Shown here one piece after another: positions 37,894-46,479 of a stretch of DNA of 64,000 bases. This stretch comes from Polyangiaceae bacterium. GTDB taxonomy: Bacteria; Myxococcota_A; Polyangia; Polyangiales; Polyangiaceae. Numbering within the stretch: position 1 is the stretch's first letter; every line of letters starts with the position of its first letter. The notes under the pieces were generated by a model that was not told the DNA's origin, ran no database searches, and was given only the letters and a program-made list of their open reading frames with translations. The translations under genes and the position numbers were made by a program. The DNA is taken from contig JBILLK010000002.1 in NCBI GenBank assembly GCA_044376115.1, positions 128,001 to 192,000 on the forward strand, given 5' to 3'.

Positions 37894-38997
37894 TCAAGGT
37901 TCCTCGGGAGGCCCGCCGACTTGGGACATCCAGAAGCTTGGCGATTCCTCCTCCCACTCGCGTAGGAGCTTGCTGCTGGCTGTATCTGGCCGAAAGCCGT
38001 TCGGGCTGTTGAGGAACACCAACTTGAACGACCGCATGGCGCCCACGATGTTCCTCGGTTCAAGCCACAGCGGCTGATCGGGTCGAGCGCGCTTGCAGAG
38101 CGTGTCGATGCGTTTGCTTTGGACGCTCGTGCCGATCAGCGAGCCGCGCTCGACCGTGCGAACGAGGTCATCGTCGCCGTCACCGTCAACGTCTTTGTAG
38201 CTGCGCTCGCCGAGTTCGAGCGCCGTCACGCGTGATTCCGAAGGATCGGCAGAGAAGGCCGAGGATTCACCGCAATGATGACTCCCTCCGCTGTAGGTCT
38301 TGGCGATGATCTGCAAGCGCTCCTCGGGCACAGCGCTGAAATCGAGCGAATAGCTCCAGCGCAAGGTGTTGCGCCCATCGCCCGTAACGTCGTCGCAGAC
38401 GAACACAGTACGTCCGTCACGCTTTAGTTTGTCGCAGCCGTCGAGGTTGGTTCCGCGTTTCAACGCAACCTGGTTCCAGCCTTCGGGCGTGCGCTCGGCA
38501 ACCACGAGATCTCCAGGAGTGCTGCCATTCCAACGCTCGGGCCCGCAACTCTCCAGACGCAACACGGCCTGCTCCTTGTTGTTCGCAGTGAACGAGCCAA
38601 GCTCGATCCCGCCCAGGACGCAAAGCTGGTTCCGATCTGTGACCACGCGCAGTTGGCCGTCCGGCAGCTCCTCCGCCTTGTCGTAAGGAGGTGTGAAGCG
38701 GCAGCCAACCTCTGTGCCGCTTGGGCCATCGTAACTACCGACGGCGCAAAGACTGGCGAGGAGCTCAAACTTGCCAGCGTCCACCCCGGGCGGAGTCGCA
38801 GGAATCGCTGGCTTCGCGCGAGTGACCTCGGCTGAGGTCGTGGCCTCTGCAATCGCTGAAGCGCTTGCAGAGGCCAACGTTGCCGCGGTGGCAGACGGGA
38901 CCAGTTTGGTGGTTGGAGCTGGCGCTTGTCCCCCGCAGCCAGCGGCGAAGACGGTAACGAGCAGCGTGACAACCGCGTAGGACAGGGGCTCTTGCAT
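37894..38997 (-). CDS. Hypothetical lipoprotein
   Basis: AAGC lipobox, Ala/Ser linker, DVDGDGDDDLV Ca-binding-like motif. Confidence 0.7.
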   Translation of the reverse strand: MQEPLSYAVVTLLVTVFAAGCGGQAPAPTTKLVPSATAATLASASASAIAEATTSAEVTRAKPAIPATPPGVDAGKFELLASLCAVGSYDGPSGTEVGCRFTPPYDKAEELPDGQLRVVTDRNQLCVLGGIELGSFTANNKEQAVLRLESCGPERWNGSTPGDLVVAERTPEGWNQVALKRGTNLDGCDKLKRDGRTVFVCDDVTGDGRNTLRWSYSLDFSAVPEERLQIIAKTYSGGSHHCGESSAFSADPSESRVTALELGERSYKDVDGDGDDDLVRTVERGSLIGTSVQSKRIDTLCKRARPDQPLWLEPRNIVGAMRSFKLVFLNSPNGFRPDTASSKLLREWEEESPSFWMSQVGGPPEEP

Positions 38998-39065
38998 CGC
39001 CGCGCTGTTGGTATCAACATCCCACCGCGCCGACAACCGCGTCGGTCCTCTGCAAGGAACTGCGA

Positions 39066-39791
39066 ATGAGAGTTTTTGGGTTCGTAAGCGTTGCGCTCTT
39101 CTTGAGTGCGTGCGGCGACAGTGACTCTGCCGGCGGCGGAGGCAGTGGCGGTGAAGCTGTGGGTGGAACAGGCGGCGTTGGGGGTAGCGGCGGCGCTGGG
39201 GGCGCGGGCGGCAGCGCCGCCGAACCCGCCGCAGACAAGCTACTGCGCTTCTTGACGGGGCACTTCGATTCGACGGCTCAATCGGTCGAGAACCCCACCT
39301 ATTTCGCGATCGACCTGCTTACCTGTCCGATCGAGCTACCAGAGCTCGGCGCGCGCACGCTGCACGTCGAGCAAGCGGTAATCGACAATGGGGTGGTCGG
39401 CGCGCCTTATCGTCAGCGGGTGTACGTGGTTACCGAAGGCGCCGACCCGGCAACCCAGGCCATCTCGCAGGTATGGGAGTTCAGCTCTCCCGACGACTTC
39501 AGCGGCTTCTGCGACGGAACTGGCGCACAGGCGACCGCTGCGGACTTGGTGGAGCGGCAAGGCTGCCAGGTGGAGCTTACCTGGGTGGAGGATCACTTCG
39601 AGGGCAGCACCCCGGGCAAGGAATGTCTGAGCGATCTAAACGGCGCGACCTATGCGACCAGCGAGGTCAAGTTGTACGAGGACCGCATTGAATCCTGGGA
39701 TCGCGGTTATGACGCTGCAGACATGCAGGTTTGGGGAGCCACCGCCGGCGCCTATCGCTTTGACCGCCTGAGCCCGCTGCCGGAGCCTTGA
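39066..39791 (+). CDS. CpcT/CpeT-family (bilin lyase-like) lipoprotein
   Basis: LSAC lipobox; LTGHFDS..Q, EQA...PYRQRVY, GC.V, GST.G..C.S...GA.YATSEV, SWDRG.D....VWG...G.Y.F. Confidence 0.85.
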   Translation: MRVFGFVSVALFLSACGDSDSAGGGGSGGEAVGGTGGVGGSGGAGGAGGSAAEPAADKLLRFLTGHFDSTAQSVENPTYFAIDLLTCPIELPELGARTLHVEQAVIDNGVVGAPYRQRVYVVTEGADPATQAISQVWEFSSPDDFSGFCDGTGAQATAADLVERQGCQVELTWVEDHFEGSTPGKECLSDLNGATYATSEVKLYEDRIESWDRGYDAADMQVWGATAGAYRFDRLSPLPEP

Positions 39792-39875
39792 GGCGCAATT
39801 GCGGTTGGCGGCCAGAGCTGTGGCGCAAGTCCCTTAATTTGTCGCACTTCCGTCGCCTCGCCTAAGGTGTGGGCG

Positions 39876-40784
39876 ATGCGAGCTTCCGTGCTGCTGTTGG
39901 GGTTGGGGTTGCTGAATTGTTCGGCCGAGCCAGGCGCTGCTGGCGCAGGCTCATCGAGGGCGAGCGCGAGCGCGTCGCAGCGCCCTGTAAGCAGCAGTTC
40001 GGCTGCCACCGTGCCGAGCGCTAGCTCCAATGTGTCGGAAGGAAGCGCCAAGCCCGTCGTCAGCTCTTCGGCTGGTGTGCCAATCCCCGAGGGCGTAGTG
40101 CTTGAAGACGGCGAGGCTGCGGTAGCGAAGCTCGCGCCCTTCGAAGCGGGCCTCAGCGCTCAAGATCTCGCCACACGCACCGACGCGGCGATAGCTATTT
40201 GTGGACCCTCGCTGGCGCTAGACGCAGAACCGTGGGGGCGAGCGCAAGACAAGGCGGGCCAGCCAATCAAGCCGCAATACAGCAATTGTGCCGCAACCAC
40301 CTTGTCAAAGCTCTACCTGCAACGTGCGCTCGCCATGGAGGCGAAGGACGCGGAGTTGCAAAAGGGGTATTTCGCCTTGGCCTTGGCCGCCGACCCTGCG
40401 GCCTCGCTACCGGCTAGCTCGGCAGCGCCCCTGACGGCGGCCTTCACCGCTGCGAAGAAGGTGAAGTCCAACGTGCGAGCTGGTGCAGTGAGCAGCAGCG
40501 ACGAAAGTATGACTAGCGCGCTCGAGGCCACAGCCGCGAGCATGGTGCCTTACATTCGTGTGTGTCACGTCCTTGGTCTGCGCAACAATCCCAACGTTCA
40601 AGGGCGGATCACGCTCAACGTGGTACTCGACGGGGCAGGGCGCGTGATTGACGCCTCCGACACGACCGACCTGCCCGACAGTGGCGTTGCGGCTTGTGCG
40701 CGGAGCTACGGAGCGCGTGCAACGTACCCCAAGCCCAAAGGCCCGTTCGCTAAACTGAGCCTTCCATTCTTGGCAGTCCCCTGA
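39876..40784 (+). CDS. Exported protein with C-terminal AgmX/PglI-like (TonB-C-like) domain
   Basis: Signal ending LLNC; IRVC...L..NP.VQGRITL...G.V...V..C...YP.P...LPF. Confidence 0.65.
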   Translation: MRASVLLLGLGLLNCSAEPGAAGAGSSRASASASQRPVSSSSAATVPSASSNVSEGSAKPVVSSSAGVPIPEGVVLEDGEAAVAKLAPFEAGLSAQDLATRTDAAIAICGPSLALDAEPWGRAQDKAGQPIKPQYSNCAATTLSKLYLQRALAMEAKDAELQKGYFALALAADPAASLPASSAAPLTAAFTAAKKVKSNVRAGAVSSSDESMTSALEATAASMVPYIRVCHVLGLRNNPNVQGRITLNVVLDGAGRVIDASDTTDLPDSGVAACARSYGARATYPKPKGPFAKLSLPFLAVP

Positions 40785-40799
40785 GGGACTCGCTCCACG

Positions 40800-41162
40800 T
40801 CAACGGTGTCGGGGTGGAGCTGGGTGTTGGGGATGCTGCCCAGGCCGCGGCTGCCCTCGGCCGCGGCTAGGCACGGAGTGGCGCGGGTTCTGCGTGCGCC
40901 AATCGCGATAGCGGCGGTCATGCGTGCGGTAGTGCACGACGAGGGTGTTATAGCCAACGTAGCTGCGCGGCACGTAATAGACTGTGTCGTCAACGTAGTA
41001 GGTGGGCTCTCCCCGTAGGTCAAAGTCGACCACGCTGCCGCTATAATATTGAGGTTGATACCCCACGGTGTTCACCACACCGGCGGCGGGTACGGCTTGG
41101 ACTGTGCAGCCAAGACCACAAAGGACGCTGGCGCCAATCAGCATTATCGATAGATTTTTCAT
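40800..41162 (-). CDS. Hypothetical lipoprotein
   Basis: MKNLSIML...LGC signal; Tyr-rich middle (YQPQYY, PTYYVD) and basic tail. Confidence 0.65.
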   Translation of the reverse strand: MKNLSIMLIGASVLCGLGCTVQAVPAAGVVNTVGYQPQYYSGSVVDFDLRGEPTYYVDDTVYYVPRSYVGYNTLVVHYRTHDRRYRDWRTQNPRHSVPSRGRGQPRPGQHPQHPAPPRHR

Positions 41163-41165
41163 GGT

Positions 41166-41558
41166 TCACCAGGGCAAGCAGACAGGGTCATAACCAAACT
41201 CGTCTGCGACGCAGGCGAATCCAACTGAGCAATCGAGATCGTCGTAACAAGGCTCGAAGCAGAGCGGCGTGCCGCCACTGATCTCCAGGCAATATCCACC
41301 AAGGTCGCAATCGGCGTCCGAGTCGCACTCGTAGGTGCACATGTCGTCGGTGACGTACGCATCATCGTAGGCCACCGTGATGCTCCAGCACTCCGACTCG
41401 AAGCATGTGTCACTCGCGAAGCACCCGTCGTACAGGTCTGCCGTCGGGCCTGGTTCGTATGGATCATATGGATCGTATGGGTCTCCGCGAACCAAACACC
41501 CTGCGACGCAGAGCGCCGACATCGCGGCTCCGCCAAGGGCGCGTACTAGCTTAATCAT
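41166..41558 (-). CDS. Small acidic Cys/Tyr/Asp-rich lipoprotein
   Basis: VAGC lipobox, DPY repeats, C..D.DC..G..C repeats; GAGG SD. Confidence 0.7.
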   Translation of the reverse strand: MIKLVRALGGAAMSALCVAGCLVRGDPYDPYDPYEPGPTADLYDGCFASDTCFESECWSITVAYDDAYVTDDMCTYECDSDADCDLGGYCLEISGGTPLCFEPCYDDLDCSVGFACVADEFGYDPVCLPW

Positions 41559-41769
41559 TTAGACCTCTTGGTCTGTTGGCGGTGCAACAGCTGAGCCGTT
41601 CAAGGACGATGCCTTCTTGGGCTCTGCACTGCTGCGCCGCTGCCGAGCTCGTCTGCCACCCTCTAGATTGCAGCAGCGCACTGTCACAGTGTGGCGTTTT
41701 TGCCGTCGCTCACGCGAGAGATCTAGCCGAATTAGGCCGCTTGTTCCCGAGCGCTTGGTCCAAATAGCG

Positions 41770-41786
41770 TTGGCCGAGATTCTGCA
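41770..41786 (+). promoter_or_regulatory. Possible sigma-54 -24/-12 promoter of the BON gene
   Basis: TTGGCCGAGATTCTGCA has GG-N10-GC spacing; overlaps the perfect palindrome TGCAAAGCGCTTTGCA (41783-41798). Confidence 0.4.
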
Positions 41787-41797
41787 AAGCGCTTTGC

Positions 41798-42459
41798 ATG
41801 ACGATGATGACCGATACCCAACTCAAGCACGACATCGAAGCTGAACTCCGCTGGGACCCGAAGGTCAACGAGGCGCAAGTGGGGGTTAGCGTGGATAAGG
41901 GCGTGGTCACGTTGCTCGGTAGCGTAGATACCTATGCAGAGAAGTGGGCCGCGGAGGACGCCACCATGCGCGTCAACGGAGTGCGCACCGTAGCGCAGGA
42001 CCTGACCGTGAAGGTCTTGGGCGAACACAAGCGCACTGACTCAGAGATCGCCGCCGCAGTTCAGTCAGCGTTCAAGTGGGACGTGTTTGTACCCAAAGCT
42101 GTGACCGCCCAGGTCCGTAGCGGAATGGTCACGCTCGAGGGCTTCGTAACCTGGGGCTACCAACGCGACGCAGCTGAGCGCGCCGTGCGGAACCTGGCAG
42201 GTGTGAACTCGGTGCAGAACTCGATCAGCATTCAACCGAAGGTCTCCGCGAGTCAGGTCCAGGAGCAGGTTGAGGCCGCACTCAAGCGGCAAGCGGCGAC
42301 CGACGCCAAGTCGATCCACGTTGCGACCTCGGGTGGCAAGGTCACGCTGACCGGCACAGCCTCGTCTTGGCAGTCGGTCGAGGACGCTGCACAAGCCGCC
42401 TGGGCCGCTCCAGGCGTACCCAGGTCGTCGATCACCTCAGCGTCGCCATGACCTACTGA
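41798..42459 (+). CDS. Triple BON-domain (OsmY-like) protein with an apparent 1-nt deletion near the 3' end
   Basis: EL.WDP.V, GVVTL.G.V, AAWAAPGV. The called ORF ends PRSSITSASP at 42451, while the shifted frame gives TQVVDHLSVAMTY* ending 42459. Confidence 0.85.
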
Positions 42460-42548
42460 GGCGGCCGTCGAAGCTACGAACGACTCGTGCCCGAGGCACG
42501 AGTCGCTCGGTGCGCACCAGCGATTGGTCGCAGGGATCACGCTACGGT

Positions 42549-42565
42549 TTGGCCGAAGGCATGCT
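42549..42565 (+). promoter_or_regulatory. Possible sigma-54 -24/-12 promoter of icd
   Basis: TTGGCCGAAGGCATGCT has GG-N10-GC spacing, about 50 nt upstream of the ATG. Confidence 0.35.
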
Positions 42566-42613
42566 GAGACGGATCGAAACGATCGGCTGAGTTGCTCGTG
42601 CTAGCGGGTACGT

Positions 42614-44155
42614 ATGCCTGATAAGAGCCCGATCACGGTGGCGTACGGTGACGGCGTTGGTCCGGAAATCATGCGCGCAACTCTGGCGATTTTGGAGGCA
42701 GCAGGGGCGAAGCTCGCTCCAGAGGTGATTGATGTAGGGGCGGCAGCGTACGCGCGTGGCAGCTCGAGCGGTATCCCGCCAGAGGCATGGGCGTCCTTGC
42801 GCCGAACCAAGGTCTTTCTGAAGGCCCCGATCACCACCCCCCAGGGCGGCGGCTACAAGTCATTGGACGTTACGGTTCGCAAGACGCTCGGGCTCTATGC
42901 CAATGTGCGCCCTTGCGTAAGCTACGCGCCCTTCGTCGATACCAACCACCCGACGATGGATTGCGTGATCATTCGTGAGAATGAGGAAGACCTTTATGCT
43001 GGCATCGAGCACCGCCAGACCGATGAGGTCTACCAGTGCCTAAAGCTGATAACGGAGCCCGGTTGTCGTAAAATCATACGCTACGCGTTCGAGTACGCGC
43101 GGTCCCATGGTCGCAAGAAGGTGACCTGCATGACCAAAGACAACATCATGAAGATGACGGATGGGCTGTTTCATCGCGTCTTTGATGAGATCCGCGCAGA
43201 GTACCCCGAGCTCGAGAGCGACCACGTGATCGTGGACATCGGTACGGCGCGGTTGGCGACTCGCCCCGAACGCTTTGACGTGTTGGTGTTGCCCAACCTC
43301 TATGGCGATATTCTCAGTGATGTAGCGGCGGAGATCACAGGCAGCGTTGGGCTTGGCGGGAGCGCCAACATTGGCGAGCACGTCGCGATGTTCGAGGCGA
43401 TTCACGGCAGCGCGCCCGATATTGCAGGCAAAGGGATCGCCAACCCCTCTGGGCTCTTGCTCGGCGCGGTCATGATGTTGGTACATCTGCGGCAAGCCGA
43501 GGTCGCGCAGCGTATCCACAATGCCTGGCTGCGGACTCTCGAGGTGGGGCTCCATACGGCTGACCTCAAAGGTGCGAAGACCGTGCAGGTGCTGGATACG
43601 GAGGCTTTTGCCGCAGCGGTTGTGGCGCGCCTAGGCGAGTTGCCAGAGCATTTTCCCAAAGTAGCCTATTCCAACGCGCCGCAGGGCCGATCGACTGCCG
43701 GCCCGCTCTATCAACGCAAGCCGCGAGCAAAGAAGGAGTTGGTGGGGGTGGACGTCTTTCTGCACGCGGCGGACGTCTCCGCCGACTATCTGGCAGGAAA
43801 GCTAAAGACCTTGGCCAATCAACCAAAGCGAGCTGGCTTTGAGCTAAAGCTCATTACCAATCGCGGAGTCAAAGTTTGGCCCAATGGCTTTCCTGAGACG
43901 TTCTGTACTGACCATTGGCGTTGCCGGTTTCTTGGGGTCGATCGTGAGGGTCAGCCGCGCACGGTGGAGCACCGCGACATCATCTTCTTGCTCAGCAACC
44001 TGGCAGATGACGGGGTCGACTTCATCAAGACTGAGAATCTATGCCGATTCGACGGGGAGGATGGCTTCGCGATGGGGCAGGGGCAAAAGGGCGCAACAGT
44101 GCGAAACGCCGACTATTGGCCGAGCTCCTTCAGCAACGCGAAAGCGGCGTTGTAG
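42614..44155 (+). CDS. icd: Isocitrate dehydrogenase (NADP, long C-terminal type)
   Basis: GDGVGPEIM, KAPITTPQGGGYKSL, RENEEDLYAGIE, KDNIMK.TDG, NLYGDI.SD, EAIHGSAPDIAG, TFCTDHWRCRF. Confidence 0.93.
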   Translation: MPDKSPITVAYGDGVGPEIMRATLAILEAAGAKLAPEVIDVGAAAYARGSSSGIPPEAWASLRRTKVFLKAPITTPQGGGYKSLDVTVRKTLGLYANVRPCVSYAPFVDTNHPTMDCVIIRENEEDLYAGIEHRQTDEVYQCLKLITEPGCRKIIRYAFEYARSHGRKKVTCMTKDNIMKMTDGLFHRVFDEIRAEYPELESDHVIVDIGTARLATRPERFDVLVLPNLYGDILSDVAAEITGSVGLGGSANIGEHVAMFEAIHGSAPDIAGKGIANPSGLLLGAVMMLVHLRQAEVAQRIHNAWLRTLEVGLHTADLKGAKTVQVLDTEAFAAAVVARLGELPEHFPKVAYSNAPQGRSTAGPLYQRKPRAKKELVGVDVFLHAADVSADYLAGKLKTLANQPKRAGFELKLITNRGVKVWPNGFPETFCTDHWRCRFLGVDREGQPRTVEHRDIIFLLSNLADDGVDFIKTENLCRFDGEDGFAMGQGQKGATVRNADYWPSSFSNAKAAL

Positions 44156-45624
44156 CCGCACATCCCGTGCACGCCCGCCCCAGGGTGGGCGTAGGAGGAG
44201 CCGAGGTAGAGCCTATCAATGTGGGTTTTGTAGCGAAAGTAGGGGAAAAACGGCCGAAAAAGCAGCTGGTTGTCAATTCCCGCCGAGCCGCCACCAAGGT
44301 CCCCGCCAAGCAGGTTCTCATCGGCTCGTTCAAGCTCTTGGGGCGAGTGAACCGTGCTCTTTAGAACGGTATCCCGGAACCCCGGCGCCAACTCTTCGAT
44401 TCTTGTCTCAATGCGATTGAGGAACTCGCGCTTGGCGGGTTCGGACCAAGGCTGACCGTCCAACGTCGAGGGGACACGCGAATAGGCCCATAACGTGTGC
44501 TGACCCGCCGGCGCTCGCGATGGGTCGAGCAAGCTTTGTTGGCCGATGACCAAATACGGGTCCCGAGGCATTCGACCCTCGCGGACCTCGCGGGTAAAGC
44601 GCGCCAAGTCGTCGTTGTTCTCGCCTGTGTGGACAACCGCAGCTTTGCGGCTCGCCGGCGTCTTCCAGGGCACTGCAGCAGAGAGCGCCCAATCGACTTT
44701 GAACGTCCCAAAGCCACGGCTTGGGTTGTTCATCTTCGCAACGATGGGCGAGGGTACCTGCGACGGCGAAAGCAGCTTGAGGAACAGCGTCGGCGCCGCT
44801 GTGGCCGCGATTACGCCGACCTTTGCCGGGAAGCGTTGCCCGTCCTCGGTGATGGCCGCGCTGACTCGCCCGTGCTCCACCTCGAGCCGCTGGACGCGCC
44901 TGCCGGTGTGAAGTCGGCCATGCGCTTCGTGCAGACGCTTCAGCAGCGCCTTGGTGATGTTGGAGGTCCCACCCACCGGAACAGCAAATCCGCCATACGA
45001 GGCGGTGACGCCCAACATGAAGCCAACGATCGCCCCCATCGCATCCTCGGGGCCGACGTCGGTGTGAAGCGCAAGCGCCGGGAAGATGCGGCGAGCCGCC
45101 TCGGTCTGGAATAGGCGTTCGGCGAAGCCGCGACCGGATGAGAGCGCGACCTCGGCCAGCAGCAGCGCCGCTCGCGGCGGGATCGCCAGGCCTTGGCGCA
45201 GTGGAGGAAACGGCGCCAAGAGTGCCGGTAGCACCTTGTCTTGAACGCGGCTCCAAAGCTCAGCGATCCGGCGCCATGGTTCGCCGTCTGCGCCGAGGTA
45301 CTCGCAACTCGCGTCGATATCGCGAGAGAGCGCGCTCTCGCTGCCATCGCGCGCAGGGTGGGCCGTATCGACCTCCCCGTGCGCCCAGCGAAGCCCTGCA
45401 CCCTCCAGATCGATCGCTTGCCACGCGGGGCTCACTTGCCCGAATGGGAAGAAGGCTGCGCCGAAGTCGTGCACGAACCCGGGCAACGTGGTCACGCTCG
45501 AGCGAACGGCACCTCCGGGCTCAGCATTTCCCTCGAGCACGTCCACGGAAAGTCCCGCGCGCGCGAGCCGTATGGCTGCTGCCAGCCCATTGGGTCCAGA
45601 CCCGATGACAAGTACGTCGGTCAC
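44113..45624 (-). CDS. Phytoene-desaturase-like NAD(P)/FAD-dependent oxidoreductase
   Basis: VIGSGPNGLAAA, PGFVHD, DPSRAPAGQH, N..GGD, HPGAGVHGMCGYNAA; start re-assigned to GTG 45624. Confidence 0.9.
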   Translation of the reverse strand: MTDVLVIGSGPNGLAAAIRLARAGLSVDVLEGNAEPGGAVRSSVTTLPGFVHDFGAAFFPFGQVSPAWQAIDLEGAGLRWAHGEVDTAHPARDGSESALSRDIDASCEYLGADGEPWRRIAELWSRVQDKVLPALLAPFPPLRQGLAIPPRAALLLAEVALSSGRGFAERLFQTEAARRIFPALALHTDVGPEDAMGAIVGFMLGVTASYGGFAVPVGGTSNITKALLKRLHEAHGRLHTGRRVQRLEVEHGRVSAAITEDGQRFPAKVGVIAATAAPTLFLKLLSPSQVPSPIVAKMNNPSRGFGTFKVDWALSAAVPWKTPASRKAAVVHTGENNDDLARFTREVREGRMPRDPYLVIGQQSLLDPSRAPAGQHTLWAYSRVPSTLDGQPWSEPAKREFLNRIETRIEELAPGFRDTVLKSTVHSPQELERADENLLGGDLGGGSAGIDNQLLFRPFFPYFRYKTHIDRLYLGSSYAHPGAGVHGMCGYNAAFALLKELGQ

Positions 45625-45663
45625 GACTAAGGCTTCTAACACTGATCCGAGAGAGAGGAAGTC

Positions 45664-46425
45664 ATGCCCCTGCTTGGTCCCGATGAACCTGCGCCGTTTG
45701 AGACCTTTCGTGAACACGGTCGTTCGCCTTGGGTGCTCTTGTGTGATCATGCTTCGCGGCGAATCCCGCGCTCGCTAGGGGACCTGGGCTTGTCCGAGCA
45801 GGCGCGCTCGAGTCACATCGCGTGGGATATCGGCGCCCGCGGGGTCGCCCTAGCGTTATCCGAAGCGCTCGACGCGCCGCTCGTCGCATGCGGCTATTCG
45901 CGTCTGGTGATCGACGCGAATCGGCCGCTTGGTGTGCCGTCGTCGATCCCGGCGGTCAGCTGTGAAATCCCGGTCCCTGGCAACGCGGGCCTGAGCCCGG
46001 CCGACGAGGCGGAGCGCGCGCGCGCGGTGTTCATGCCGTATCACGCCGAGGTCGCGCGCGTTTTGGCGGAGCGAACGGCACGGCAGCAACCGAGCGTGCT
46101 GCTTTCGATGCATAGCTTCACCCCGGAGCTGTACGGCAAGCCGCGCCCTTGGCACATTGGCGTGCTATCCGGGAAGGATCGCCGGCTCGCTGAAGTCCTG
46201 CTCCACGAATTGGGCAAGGAGCAGGACTGGACGGTTGGGGACAACGAGCCGTATCGCGTTTCCGACGTCAGTGACTATGCAGTACCGGTCTACGGCGAGC
46301 AGGCAGGGCGTCTTGCCGTGCTGATCGAGCTACGTCAGGATCTCGTGGCGACTTCCGTCATGGAACAGGCGATGGCTCAGCGCTGGCTTCCCATCCTCGA
46401 GCGCGCGCTGCCATCGCTGCTTTGA
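45664..46425 (+). CDS. N-formylglutamate amidohydrolase family protein
   Basis: LCDHAS..IP, HIAWDIGA, SRLVID.NR, SMHSFTP, GDNEPY, IELRQDL. Confidence 0.92.
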   Translation: MPLLGPDEPAPFETFREHGRSPWVLLCDHASRRIPRSLGDLGLSEQARSSHIAWDIGARGVALALSEALDAPLVACGYSRLVIDANRPLGVPSSIPAVSCEIPVPGNAGLSPADEAERARAVFMPYHAEVARVLAERTARQQPSVLLSMHSFTPELYGKPRPWHIGVLSGKDRRLAEVLLHELGKEQDWTVGDNEPYRVSDVSDYAVPVYGEQAGRLAVLIELRQDLVATSVMEQAMAQRWLPILERALPSLL

Positions 46426-46479
46426 TGGATGCGTGAGCCGCGGCGCTCTCGTGCTAAGGGAGCGGCCCTGGAGGAACGT

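Noticed and set aside
41420..41490. DPYDPYDPY repeat protein as another rSAM substrate
   Set aside because: No XYG motif or zinc-ribbon leader, and it is 35 kb from the enzyme.
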